Source: Candidatus Omnitrophota bacterium (GTDB taxonomy: Bacteria > Omnitrophota > Gorgyraeia > Zapsychrales > Zapsychraceae). From it: a DNA stretch of 64,000 nucleotides. The stretch is from positions 20,509-84,508 of the forward strand of contig JAIORP010000197.1 of the NCBI GenBank assembly GCA_021108075.1, in the 5' to 3' direction. The position numbers and the translations under genes are program-made. The notes beneath the pieces were generated by a model. That model saw only the letters and a program-made list of their open reading frames with translations, was not told where the DNA came from and did no database searches. The number at the start of each line of letters is the position of its first letter. Within the stretch, counting starts at the first letter, position 1. Positions 10,379-19,613 of this stretch are shown in pieces.

Positions 10379-11523
10379 TGGAAGAAACAAATATTTTATT
10401 TCTCGACGATGAAGAAAGCATCTTGAGGTCTATCAAAGGTCTATTTATGGATTCTTCATTTCGAATCGTAACAACATCTGATCCTGATGAGGCCATGGAA
10501 ATTATTGAAAAGGGAAATATCAAGGTGGTTTTTAGTGACCATCGCATGCCTAAGATTACCGGTGTTGAATTTTTAAAAAAAATTAAAAAAAAACATCCCA
10601 GTATTATCAGGATACTGTTTACAGGATATGCTGATATTCAGTCTATTGAAGATGCTATTAATTTGGCTCAAGTTTATCATTTTGTCAATAAACCTTGGGA
10701 TACGAATGACTTAAAGGTTACGATATCGAATGCTATTGCTCACTACGATCTTATGGCAGAGAACAAAAAACTTGTTAAAAATTTAGAAGAAAAAAATGCG
10801 CATTTAAAAGTCCTGCTGGAAAAACAAAAAGAGTTTACATCAACTGTTTCGCATGAGCTTAGAACGCCGTTGGCTTCGATGAAAACTTCGATGGATATTC
10901 TTTTAAGCGGCACGCCAGGAAACCTGACTGAAGACCAGAAAGATATTGTTACCATGTCAAAAGAAAGTACAGACAGATTGAATCGTCTAATAAACGATAT
11001 TTTGGATTACAGTAAGATGGGATCAGGCAAAACATCCCTTAATATAGAAACGGTTAACGTTAATACAGTCATCCAACAGGTTGTTAATGTTCAGAATTCA
11101 GTCGCTGAAGATAAGGGCTTAAGATTGAAGTGTGAATTAGACAGAAGATTACCCGATATATATGTCGATAAAGATAAAATCAATCAAGTGCTGACAAATT
11201 TAATTAATAATGCTATTAAGTTTACAGAAAAAGGGGAAGTCGTAATTATCAGTAGTGGCCATAAAGATAAAAATTTTATTGAGGTTTGCGTGAAAGATTC
11301 CGGACCGGGAATATCAGATGAAGACAAGAATAAACTTTTCGAGGTGTTTCAGCAATTAGGTGATTCAAGGAAACATATCGGTGGCACAGGATTAGGACTG
11401 GCTATTTGTAAAGAAATAGTAGACTTCCATGGTGGAAAAATATGGGTTGAATCAGAATTAGGAAAAGGAAGTGCGTTTAAGTTCTTATTACCGATAAAAG
11501 AAAGACGGGGGGGGAATGAATAA
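10378..11523 (+). CDS. Hybrid response regulator / histidine kinase (REC - HisKA - HATPase_c)
   Basis: GTG start overlapping the upstream stop. REC ([14 protein letters not shown]...[16 protein letters not shown]). H-box [14 protein letters not shown]. HATPase [33 protein letters not shown]. Confidence 0.8.
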   Translation: MEETNILFLDDEESILRSIKGLFMDSSFRIVTTSDPDEAMEIIEKGNIKVVFSDHRMPKITGVEFLKKIKKKHPSIIRILFTGYADIQSIEDAINLAQVYHFVNKPWDTNDLKVTISNAIAHYDLMAENKKLVKNLEEKNAHLKVLLEKQKEFTSTVSHELRTPLASMKTSMDILLSGTPGNLTEDQKDIVTMSKESTDRLNRLINDILDYSKMGSGKTSLNIETVNVNTVIQQVVNVQNSVAEDKGLRLKCELDRRLPDIYVDKDKINQVLTNLINNAIKFTEKGEVVIISSGHKDKNFIEVCVKDSGPGISDEDKNKLFEVFQQLGDSRKHIGGTGLGLAICKEIVDFHGGKIWVESELGKGSAFKFLLPIKERRGGNE

Positions 11524-12310
11524 AAAAAAGACAATCCTAATAGTTGATGATGAAAAAAATTTAAGAAAATTGGTAGGATATCAATTTAAGGCAAAGGGGT
11601 ATGAAGTTGTTGACGCGGTTGATGGACTTGATGGACTTGATAAATTACAGACGGCTAACCCGGATCTTATTATCCTTGATATGAATATGCCGAGAATGAA
11701 CGGAATAGAATTTTATCAAAAAATATTAGATGACAATAAGAGACCAAAGCATCCTATTCTGGTCCTGACTGCCCGGGCGAATATGGAACAATTGTTTAGA
11801 GAACTGGATATTAATGGTTTTATGGCAAAGCCATTTGAGATTGATGAGCTTATCGAAGAGGCGCAAATTATAATACAAAAAAGTGATAGAGAATATGTTT
11901 CCCCAGGATTGAGGAAGCTCGGTGAAATAAAAGAAATTTTTATAATAGAAAATAACCAGGAAGATGTAAAAGAAATTGGCTCTACTTTTTTGGGTTCTGG
12001 ATATAAGGTTAGTACCGCGAACAGTGGAACATCCGGTATTGAGAAAATTTCTGTTGATCTTCCGGCACTAGTGCTGGTTAACTTGAGTTTAGTGGATATT
12101 CCCGGGGATATGGTTGTTGAAAGATTAAAACGAATGTCTAAAACAAAAGATATTAATATTATTTTGTACGTAAAAAGAACAGAAAAGCATAATAAGGCTA
12201 TTATGGAAAACATGGCAAAAAAAGCGAGCATCATTGACTTTATCGAATATTCAGATCCTGACGAGTTGCTCGAAGCTGTTTGTCGCGTGTATCAGAATAA
12301 AAAGAACTAA
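11516..12310 (+). CDS. Tandem double-REC response regulator (the second receiver is degenerate)
   Basis: REC1 [15 protein letters not shown]...[22 protein letters not shown]2-like [16 protein letters not shown]...[19 protein letters not shown]. Confidence 0.75.
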   Translation: MNKKKTILIVDDEKNLRKLVGYQFKAKGYEVVDAVDGLDGLDKLQTANPDLIILDMNMPRMNGIEFYQKILDDNKRPKHPILVLTARANMEQLFRELDINGFMAKPFEIDELIEEAQIIIQKSDREYVSPGLRKLGEIKEIFIIENNQEDVKEIGSTFLGSGYKVSTANSGTSGIEKISVDLPALVLVNLSLVDIPGDMVVERLKRMSKTKDINIILYVKRTEKHNKAIMENMAKKASIIDFIEYSDPDELLEAVCRVYQNKKN

Positions 12311-12323
12311 ATGAAGTGTACGG

Positions 12324-12422
12324 ATGAAGAAAAGCCTGCTTATCGATGATGATCCTGATATGGTGGGCATTGAAGAATTGTTTAGAAATAGACCATTATC
12401 AAGTTATTACAGTCATGGCTAA
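12324..12422 (+). pseudogene. Remnant of a response-regulator gene (32-aa ORF with a REC N-terminus)
   Basis: MKKSLLIDDDPDMVGIEELFRNRPLSSYYSHG. REC-like KxxLLIDDDPDMV start, then a premature stop. Lies in the 190-bp spacer after the TCS locus. Confidence 0.4.
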
Positions 12423-12503
12423 CAAAAAAATGTGCCTGCCTCTTTGAGCAAGTGATTTCTTCATTATGAGTATGTGTAAATAAAATGATCCGGGAAGGGT
12501 GAA

Positions 12504-13217
12504 ATGAAAAAAGCAATTATTATCGGCGCGACATCAGGAATTGGAAAAGAATTAGCCCGTGTGCTTTCTCAAAATGGTTATGTTGTTGGATCTGTCGGAA
12601 GGAGAATTCACCTGTTAAATAAATTTAAAATGGAATTTCCTGATGGTTTTATCAAATCTATCGATGTTTCAAAAACTTCAGAAGCCATAAACCAATTAAA
12701 AGAGCTTATTTCTGAAATGAATGGAGTGGATATTGTTGTAATCAGTTCAGGCGTAGGATTTATCAATCATGATTTACAATGGGATCAGGAAAAAGAAACA
12801 ATTGATGTCAACATTTCTGGTTTTACGGCGATGGCAAATGTAGCTATGCATCATTTCTTATCAAAAGGTCATGGACATCTTGTCGGCATATCATCAATAG
12901 CAGCGATTAGAGGCGACGGAGACTCTCCCGCCTACAGCGCGTCCAAGTCTTTTATCTCAAATTATATGGAAGGGTTAAGAAAAAAAGTTTCAAAAACAGG
13001 AGCATCTATTATCATAACAAATATTCAGCCTGGTTTTGTCGACACCGCGATGGCAAAGGGGGAAGGACTTTTTTGGGTGGCATCCCCACAAAAAGCAGCG
13101 CAACAAATTTATAATGCAATCAAAAGTAAAAAGAAACACGCTTATATTACTAAACGATGGAAAATAATTGGATGGTTGATGAAATTTATGCCTGAGTTTA
13201 TTTATAACAAATTATGA
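12504..13217 (+). CDS. Short-chain dehydrogenase/reductase (SDR) family oxidoreductase
   Basis: Rossmann IIGATSGIGKELA. Catalytic YSASKSF (YxxxK). 237 aa. Confidence 0.8.
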   Translation: MKKAIIIGATSGIGKELARVLSQNGYVVGSVGRRIHLLNKFKMEFPDGFIKSIDVSKTSEAINQLKELISEMNGVDIVVISSGVGFINHDLQWDQEKETIDVNISGFTAMANVAMHHFLSKGHGHLVGISSIAAIRGDGDSPAYSASKSFISNYMEGLRKKVSKTGASIIITNIQPGFVDTAMAKGEGLFWVASPQKAAQQIYNAIKSKKKHAYITKRWKIIGWLMKFMPEFIYNKL

Positions 13218-13247
13218 ACCATATGTGTCAAAAAAAAATGAGCGCCC

Positions 13248-13631
13248 ATGATAGACGTAACAGCGATTGATCATGTTTGCCTGTCCGTAAGTTCTCTCGC
13301 CCGTGCGCAGGAATACTACGAGCGGGTTTTCGGGGCATCCTGTAATCTTCGTGAAGGAGATCCGAGAACATTAGTGGTGGAAGCCGCGCGCGTTCATTTT
13401 TTCCTTTCAAAGTCGCCTGCGAGTTCAGAATTCCTCTCAAGTCAACATTTGTCTCTGCGTGTCAATTCATTGGACGATGTCATAGCCGCATTAAACGCAT
13501 TGGGCATAACAAAATACAAAACCGGAGTTGTCAGTTTCTTCAAACATAACAACTACCGGTGGTGCGCATGGAAAGATCCTGATGGCATTCGTTTAGAGTG
13601 CGTTGAAATGCTAAAAGGATGCAACACATAA
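13248..13631 (+). CDS. VOC / glyoxalase-bleomycin resistance family protein. GC-rich relative to its flanks.
   Basis: IDHVCLSVSSLARAQEYYERVFG is typical of the VOC N-terminus. Local GC is visibly above 50% versus ~35% for the neighbours. Confidence 0.65.
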   Translation: MIDVTAIDHVCLSVSSLARAQEYYERVFGASCNLREGDPRTLVVEAARVHFFLSKSPASSEFLSSQHLSLRVNSLDDVIAALNALGITKYKTGVVSFFKHNNYRWCAWKDPDGIRLECVEMLKGCNT

Positions 13632-14076
13632 CCAACAACTGGCGATGATGCCTGACAGCATGTTTCAGTTGGCCCCGGACACATTTTTTTCAAAATAAAG
13701 GGAAATAATATTATTAGCAGGAACGGGACGACAGGAACAGCATAATCTTGAAAGACGACATAGTTAAAGTGGCCATCTTTTGTGCATCAGGTTACTGCCC
13801 GTCGAATCTTCAAAGTACACTGAATCGCCTGATTCATCGGTGACCGCGACGAATGCTTCGCTTGTTTTTCCTGAAACATAAAAGGATTCTTACTGTTTGC
13901 GGATAGGATCCTTTACGCCGAACCCTCAATCAATCCTCTGTTGACGCATTCCTGATCTTTTGCTCAATTTTGATACTTTACGGTTAAGTTGACTTATGAT
14001 ATGTATTTTTGTATAATTTTAATTTATTACCAATATTTATATACTGAGTTCAATTACATGAAAAAAACAAAAGTAA

Positions 14077-14178
14077 TACCAAATCCATTAATAAAGGGTT
14101 CTATCTTAATTCTGATATTCTCGCTAAATCGTCGAGAAAAGCAGAATGGGGTTTGGTCATTATTTAATGGAATTGGTA
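14077..14178 (-). mobile_element. MITE-like element copy 2 (102 bp, inverted orientation)
   Basis: Reverse complement of the consensus (…GGTTTGGTCATTATTTAATGGAATTGGTA). TAA on both flanks. Internal CTCG ACGATTTAG CGAG hairpin variant. Confidence 0.8.
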
Positions 14179-14193
14179 TAATCATACGTGTAA

Positions 14194-14807
14194 TGATCCT
14201 GGCCGTTATTTTTTCTGGTTATACGAGCCATGCCGGATCAGCAGAAGAACCAAAGAAAAATGCTTCATTTTACAAAAGTTTTTCCTATTTTACCGGTTTC
14301 GCCAAAGGGGAATTGAATATAGAAGAGGATTATAAGATTATTCCTTCAATTTTTCGTTTTGCCTTTGATATGGATAAAATGGGAATCGGCGCCGCAGATA
14401 TTACTGAGTCAATTGCAACCAAGTTTTTTAGTAATCCCGGTCTGGAAGTGAAAGGGGAAACAGAATTTTTAATAGAAACGTTTATTAATGGTATTATCAG
14501 CCCGGATAGCAATATTGAAGTTGGGTTTGAGCTACTGGTAAAGTATGCCTATCCTGTCACAGAACGGATCAATCCATATTTCTTTTCAGGTGGTGGTGTC
14601 ATTTTCATGACCCAGCATACGGATGAGCAATCAACACAATATAATTTTATTCCTCAAATGGGGGCAGGAATTTCTTACGACTTAAGAGAAGACCTTTCTT
14701 TAGATCTGGAATACAGATATAGACATTTATCCAACGCGAACAGAAAATTACCGAATGAGGGTATCAATGTAAATATGTTCCTTATTGGAACAACGTGGAA
14801 ATATTGA
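14194..14807 (+). CDS. Outer-membrane beta-barrel protein (OmpA-like/OMP_b-brl family), small 8-10-strand type
   Basis: Start moved to ATG 14194 (MILAVIFSGYTSHAGSA signal peptide). The track ORF beginning at 13989 reads through the MITE. Alternating beta-strand pattern. C-terminal ...LIGTTWKY with aromatic terminus. Confidence 0.55.
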
Positions 14808-14844
14808 TCAATAAACAGGGAATGACTGAATATCAAGGAAAAAA

Positions 14845-15573
14845 ATGACTAAGAAGAGGATCGCTTTAGTTGTGGGTGGTAGTCGAGGGATCGGTAAAGC
14901 TATCGCGCGCGAATTAGCAGGCTGTGGTTTCGATATTTGGCTCACGTACAAAAGCAATCAAGAAGCAGCACAATCTGTCCGGAAAGATATTGAGGCATTA
15001 AAACAACAATGTGAATTATTCTCTTTTGATGTATCCAGTCATGCAGAAACCAAAAATGCGTTAGCGGATAAATGTGATGAAACCGCGCCGTATGCTGTTG
15101 TATTCAATGCAGGGATCACACGTGATAATCTCTTGATGTGGACAACCAAGGAAGAATGGAATGATGTGATCGCAACGAATTTGAATGGATTTTATAATGT
15201 GATGCATGTCGTTCTTTTCTCCATGCTCAAAGAAAAACAAGGAAGAATTATCGCGATCTCGTCCACAGCGGGAGAGGTCGGACAGGCAGGGCAGGTCAAT
15301 TATTCCGCCTCAAAAGCCGGTTTGATCGGAGCGTGTAAAGCACTGGCAAGAGAAGTGGGGAAAAAGAATATATATGTGAATGTTGTTTCACCAGGCTTTA
15401 TTGAAACAGACATGACAAAAAAAATCCCACATGATAAAATTTTGCCTTTGATTCCTTTAGCCAGAGTTGGATCAGCTGAAGACGTGGCCTCAATTGTCGG
15501 ATATTTATGCAGCGAAAAAAATATGTACATTCATGGGCAAGTGATCGGAGTCAATGGCGGGCTTGCTACTTAG
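14845..15573 (+). CDS. fabG: 3-oxoacyl-[ACP] reductase (SDR)
   Basis: RIALVVGGSRGIGKAIA ... NAGITRD ... YSASKAGLIGACKALAREVG ... VNVVSPGFIETDMT ... GQVIGVNGGLA. Classical FabG motifs. Confidence 0.85.
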   Translation: MTKKRIALVVGGSRGIGKAIARELAGCGFDIWLTYKSNQEAAQSVRKDIEALKQQCELFSFDVSSHAETKNALADKCDETAPYAVVFNAGITRDNLLMWTTKEEWNDVIATNLNGFYNVMHVVLFSMLKEKQGRIIAISSTAGEVGQAGQVNYSASKAGLIGACKALAREVGKKNIYVNVVSPGFIETDMTKKIPHDKILPLIPLARVGSAEDVASIVGYLCSEKNMYIHGQVIGVNGGLAT

Positions 15574-15581
15574 TGCAATAA

Positions 15582-15701
15582 TACCAATTCCAGTGACTCT
15601 CCTCGCAGCAGAGCTACGAGGAATTCACTCCATTAAATAATGACCAAAACCAATTCTGCTTTTCAGAATTAAGATAGAGCAATTTATTAATGGATTTGGT
15701 A
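15582..15701 (+). mobile_element. MITE-like element copy 3 (120 bp, with a 40-bp internal insertion)
   Basis: TACCAATTC[cagtgactctcctcgcagcagagctacgaggaattcact]CATTAAATAATGACCAAAACCAATTCTGCTTTTCAGAATT...TTATTAATGGATTTGGTA. TAA flanks. Confidence 0.8.
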
Positions 15702-15729
15702 TAACAAATTAATTTTTGCACTAAAGGGG

Positions 15730-15760
15730 GCGTGGAGGAGATTGTCTCCCACGCTTTTGT
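15730..15760 (+). terminator. Rho-independent terminator-like hairpin downstream of fabG/MITE
   Basis: GCGTGGAGGAGA-ttg-TCTCCCACGC stem followed by TTTTGTGG. Confidence 0.55.
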
Positions 15761-15868
15761 GGTGCTCCGTTCCGCCTCCGGCGGGACGCCGAAGGCGGAT
15801 GAGTCCCCCTAGCGGAAGTGGCTCGCTTATGAAAAAATAAATTTGGCGAGACACCAGGATGATAAAAC

Positions 15869-17365
15869 ATGAAGCATTATGACAGCATAGTTGTGGGAAG
15901 CGGGATAAGCGGCTTAACGATCGCGCGTCTTTTGGCAATGAATGGACAAAAAGTTCTGATCATTGAGAAGGGGGGAAATATTGGTGGAAGCATGGCGCGA
16001 TTTTACAAAAATGGCGTTCCCTTCGACACAGGGTTTCATTTCACAGGCGCCTTCCTCAAAAACGGAATTCTGAACGACATGCTCATTGTCCTGGGGATAC
16101 AGGATACGATCAAACCCATCGTTCTTCCTGATGAAAACGGACAAATCTATGTCTTTGAGAATGACAACAAAAAATATTTCTTGCCCAATGGTGTTGCTAA
16201 TTTTGTCAAAGAACTGAAAAAGTATTTCCCTGAAGAGACCCGGGGTATTGACGATTTCTTTAGTCTCGCTAAAAAGATCTATAACGAAACAAGTTCTTTA
16301 GATCTCTCGAGAATTACGGAAGCGCCTCGCGTCTTAGATGAGGATGACATCAGCTTGCAGGAAATTTTAGACAAGACCATGAAAGACGGCCATTTAAAAG
16401 GCATACTATCAACGTTCAGTATGTGTTATGGCGTAAAGCCTTCCGAAGTGTCTGTCGCAAACCATTTCCGCGTTGCCTATGGAATGTATGACAGTGTGGT
16501 CCGAATTAAAAATGGTGGAAAGGCGTTCATCGATGCATTTAATGAAGACTTTATTAAACTGGGTATTGAGGTTAAAACCAACTGCACCATTGATAAATTT
16601 CTGGATATTGAGAAAAATATTATTAAAAAATTTATTTTAAGTGATGGGGAGACATTATCCTGCGACCAGTGTATTTTCACTATTCATCCCAAAGCGGTTG
16701 TTGAGAGTCTTCCCGAAGGACATTTAAGTAAAGCATTTCTAAGCCGTATCAATGATTTTGAGCCGGCCGCCGGATTCTTTACTGTTTATGGAACAATTGA
16801 ATCCGATGATCCTGATTTTGTGCCGAGTATTGTGTCAATTCTCCCGTCTCAGGACATTAATGTTTTGTTGGAGCCAACGAACAATGGATGTTCCGCGCTC
16901 GTTTTAATGACCAGTTATGAGAAAGTTCAGGGGAAAATCGTAAAAGTTTTAACAGCGATGGAACCATCTTTCACAGAACAAGTTGCTGAATGGATAGACT
17001 CAAAAGTCGGCAGACGTCCTGGATCCTACTATGCGTACAAAGAGAATAAGATTGAACAGATTAAGCAAAGGATATACCGATACAATCCAGCATACAAAGA
17101 TTCATATAAAATAATGGGAGCGGCCTCCATTCTAACATATCGAGATTACTTGAATTCCTTCGAGTGCACAGCCTATGGCATCAAACAGAAAATGGGGCAA
17201 TTTAATTTATTCGGAAAACTTCCCTTGAAAAATATTTACGCGTGTGGTCAAAGTTCCGTTCTTCCAGGTGTCGTGGGGGCGATGATGTCATCGTTTATTA
17301 TCGCGCGCAGCATTGTTGGGCGAGATGAATACGATGCATTTATAAAAACAAGGTTAAACAAATGA
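15869..17365 (+). CDS. FAD-dependent oxidoreductase, phytoene-desaturase (CrtI)/amine-oxidase-like. First gene of the lipid cluster.
   Basis: N-terminal dinucleotide-binding fold YDSIVVGSGISGLTIARLLAMNGQKVLIIEKGGNIGG. 498 aa. Confidence 0.75.
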   Translation: MKHYDSIVVGSGISGLTIARLLAMNGQKVLIIEKGGNIGGSMARFYKNGVPFDTGFHFTGAFLKNGILNDMLIVLGIQDTIKPIVLPDENGQIYVFENDNKKYFLPNGVANFVKELKKYFPEETRGIDDFFSLAKKIYNETSSLDLSRITEAPRVLDEDDISLQEILDKTMKDGHLKGILSTFSMCYGVKPSEVSVANHFRVAYGMYDSVVRIKNGGKAFIDAFNEDFIKLGIEVKTNCTIDKFLDIEKNIIKKFILSDGETLSCDQCIFTIHPKAVVESLPEGHLSKAFLSRINDFEPAAGFFTVYGTIESDDPDFVPSIVSILPSQDINVLLEPTNNGCSALVLMTSYEKVQGKIVKVLTAMEPSFTEQVAEWIDSKVGRRPGSYYAYKENKIEQIKQRIYRYNPAYKDSYKIMGAASILTYRDYLNSFECTAYGIKQKMGQFNLFGKLPLKNIYACGQSSVLPGVVGAMMSSFIIARSIVGRDEYDAFIKTRLNK

Positions 17366-18585
17366 AAAGAGTTGTCATAACGGGTATAGGCGCGGTTACG
17401 CCCTTGGGCGCTAATGTTGATGAAACCATCGCTGCAATTGAAGCGAATAAAAGTGCTGTTGTTAAAATGGAAATCTGGAAAGAATATGACGGGTTAAATA
17501 ACCTCGTCGCTGCCCCTGCCGAACTGAAAAACGAAAAAGAAATCCCACGAAAAAAAAGACGATCTATGGGACGAATGGGTATCTTTTCTGTGCAGGCAGC
17601 CCGGGAAGCTGTTGCTGATGCAGGATTAGACAGAGAAAAGGTCGGATCTGCGTGCACAGGATGTATTATTGGGTCAACAATGGGTGGTGCCGAAGCAATG
17701 AATGACACATTTGAGCTGATGCTTCCTAAAAAGGATCTTTCTGAACTGTCTTCCATGAATTTCTTTAAATGTGTTTCTCATACCGCGGCCATGAATGTTT
17801 CTCAGTATTTTGGGATCAAAGGGTGTGTGATGGCAACATCCGCCGCATGTGCTTCTTCTTTGCAGGCTATTGGCGCGGCTTATTGGCTTATTCAAATGGG
17901 CAAACAAGACATCATGCTTTGCGGTGGGGCAGAAGAATTACACGCGATTGTGGCCGGTTCCTTTGATATTCTTTTTGCCACATCGACACATTTTAATGAT
18001 CGTCCAGAATTAACCCCACGGCCTTTTGATAAAGATCGCGATGGGTTGGTTTGTGGGGAAGGGAGTGGAATTCTTATTCTTGAGGAATATGAGCATGCGA
18101 GAAATAGAAACGCTAAAATTTATGCTGAAATAGTTGGTTATCATACATGTGGGAGTGGGGAGCATGTAAGCCAATCCAATAAACAGGCAATGGTTGAATG
18201 CATAGATAATACTCTTCGCTCAGCAAATATAAGGCCGGAAGATATTGACTATATCAATGCACACGCAACAGCTACATTACACGGAGATAAGGCGGAGAGC
18301 GAAGCTCTTAAGGAAATTTTCTCAGATAAAGTACCTGTCAGCAGTATGAAAGGATATATTGGACACACGTTAGGAGCTTCAGGGGCGATTGAACTGATTG
18401 CGACATTAAAGGGATCAGAACGCGGCATAATTTATCCAACGAAGAATTTAGAAAATCCCGCGGACGACTGTAAAGGAATCCAACATGTTATGCAAAAACA
18501 AAAAAAAGAGTTAAAATATATTTTAAAAAACTGTTTTGCCTTTGGCGGCATTAACGCATCGCTTATTGCAACACGTTTTTCTTAA
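17362..18585 (+). CDS. Beta-ketoacyl-[ACP] synthase (FabF/FabB-type KAS I/II)
   Basis: Active-site Cys in TSAACASSLQAIG. Catalytic His motifs NAHATAT and GHTLGASG. ATGA overlap with upstream gene. Confidence 0.85.
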   Translation: MKRVVITGIGAVTPLGANVDETIAAIEANKSAVVKMEIWKEYDGLNNLVAAPAELKNEKEIPRKKRRSMGRMGIFSVQAAREAVADAGLDREKVGSACTGCIIGSTMGGAEAMNDTFELMLPKKDLSELSSMNFFKCVSHTAAMNVSQYFGIKGCVMATSAACASSLQAIGAAYWLIQMGKQDIMLCGGAEELHAIVAGSFDILFATSTHFNDRPELTPRPFDKDRDGLVCGEGSGILILEEYEHARNRNAKIYAEIVGYHTCGSGEHVSQSNKQAMVECIDNTLRSANIRPEDIDYINAHATATLHGDKAESEALKEIFSDKVPVSSMKGYIGHTLGASGAIELIATLKGSERGIIYPTKNLENPADDCKGIQHVMQKQKKELKYILKNCFAFGGINASLIATRFS

Positions 18586-18601
18586 TGAGGGGATAGAGCT
18601 A

Positions 18602-18874
18602 ATGGATAGAAAAAAGATTGAAGAAATGGTGGATGAAGTTTTTGAAGAGTCTTTCGAAATAGAAAAAGAACAGCTCTCGCAGGAGAAAGGCATATTCCAG
18701 GATCTGGGGCTCGACAGCCTTGATATTGTTGATCTTATCGTCGCTTTACAAAAAAAATTCGGTGTAAAAATCAGGGATGATAACCGGGTACGAGAGATTA
18801 GAACACTGGGGGATATTTATAGCTTCATAGAATCACTTTATAAAGAAGGAAGTTTTACAATTGATAAAAATTAA
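18602..18874 (+). CDS. Acyl carrier protein (cluster-specific ACP 1)
   Basis: LGLDSLDIVDLIVALQKKFG with phosphopantetheine-attachment Ser in the DSLD motif. GAGGGG RBS upstream of ATG 18602. Confidence 0.8.
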   Translation: MDRKKIEEMVDEVFEESFEIEKEQLSQEKGIFQDLGLDSLDIVDLIVALQKKFGVKIRDDNRVREIRTLGDIYSFIESLYKEGSFTIDKN

Positions 18875-19613
18875 GTTGCTGCTCCTTAACGTAATTTTTT
18901 ATACTTTATTCTTTATCTTCTCAACCATATATATTCCTTTGATGATCGTTATTTTAGTTTTATTCGCTCTTGTGATACCAGAACGCATCGTTTTGAGAAG
19001 AATCCGCAGGGCAATCAGTTTTTATGGGAAAATAATCATCCATATATTTACTTTTCCTTTTATTCGCGTGAAATATGAAGATCGATCAAGTGGAGATGAA
19101 AAGGGGCCATTTATTATTGTTTGCAATCACAGATCAGCATCAGATGCATTTCTAATGGCGTGCTTACCTTATGAATGCGTTCAGGTCGTAAACATTTGGC
19201 CCTTTAAACTTCCGCTGTTAGGGTGGTGCGCTAAGATGGCAGGCTATTTGAGTGTGAACGAGATGTCTGGCGAAGACTTCAGAAAAAAAACAGGCAAATT
19301 GCTTGAGGAGGGAGTCAATATCATTTCTTTTCCAGAAGGCACACGTTCAAACAGCAGACAAATGAAACAATTTTATAGTTCGATATTTAGAGTTGCCATT
19401 AAGAACAAGTGTGCCATAGTGCCTCTGTGCATATCTGGAAACGAACAAATACCAGCCAGAGGCTCAGGAATTTTACAACCCGGAATTATAAAACTACGAC
19501 GGCTTGCCGCCTTAAATTGGGAGAATTACAAAAATTGTTCCCCGTTTATTTTAAAAAATAAAGTTAAAGACATTCTTAAAACTGAATTAGAACAGATGGA
19601 TGAAGAAATATGA
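18861..19613 (+). CDS. Membrane-anchored 1-acyl-sn-glycerol-3-phosphate / lysophospholipid acyltransferase (PlsC family)
   Basis: N-terminal TM helix. HX4D motif in VCNHRSASDAF. FPEGTRS motif. Confidence 0.75.
   Translation: MIKIKLLLLNVIFYTLFFIFSTIYIPLMIVILVLFALVIPERIVLRRIRRAISFYGKIIIHIFTFPFIRVKYEDRSSGDEKGPFIIVCNHRSASDAFLMACLPYECVQVVNIWPFKLPLLGWCAKMAGYLSVNEMSGEDFRKKTGKLLEEGVNIISFPEGTRSNSRQMKQFYSSIFRVAIKNKCAIVPLCISGNEQIPARGSGILQPGIIKLRRLAALNWENYKNCSPFILKNKVKDILKTELEQMDEEI

Noticed and set aside
11716-12234. 172-aa minus-strand ORF inside the double-REC gene
   Set aside because: Antisense shadow ORF of an AT-rich coding region. It has no motifs.
13989-14193. N-terminal 68 codons of track ORF 13989..14807 (MTYDMYFCIILIYYQ...IIIRV)
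   Set aside because: This stretch is the translation of an inverted MITE copy (14077-14178) plus AT-rich spacer. The real OMP gene most plausibly starts at ATG 14194 with a signal peptide.
15687-15938. 83-aa minus-strand ORF across the GC-rich hairpin region and the start of the FAD oxidoreductase
   Set aside because: It overlaps the terminator/hairpin element and the 5' end of a supported gene. The product has no motifs and is Arg/Leu-rich.
18536-18601. Longer ACP start at 18536 (track ORF 18536..18874)
   Set aside because: It would overlap the KAS gene by 50 bp, and its translation (MPLAALTHRLLQHVFLNEGIEL) is un-ACP-like. ATG 18602 with a GAGGGG RBS gives a canonical 90-aa ACP.
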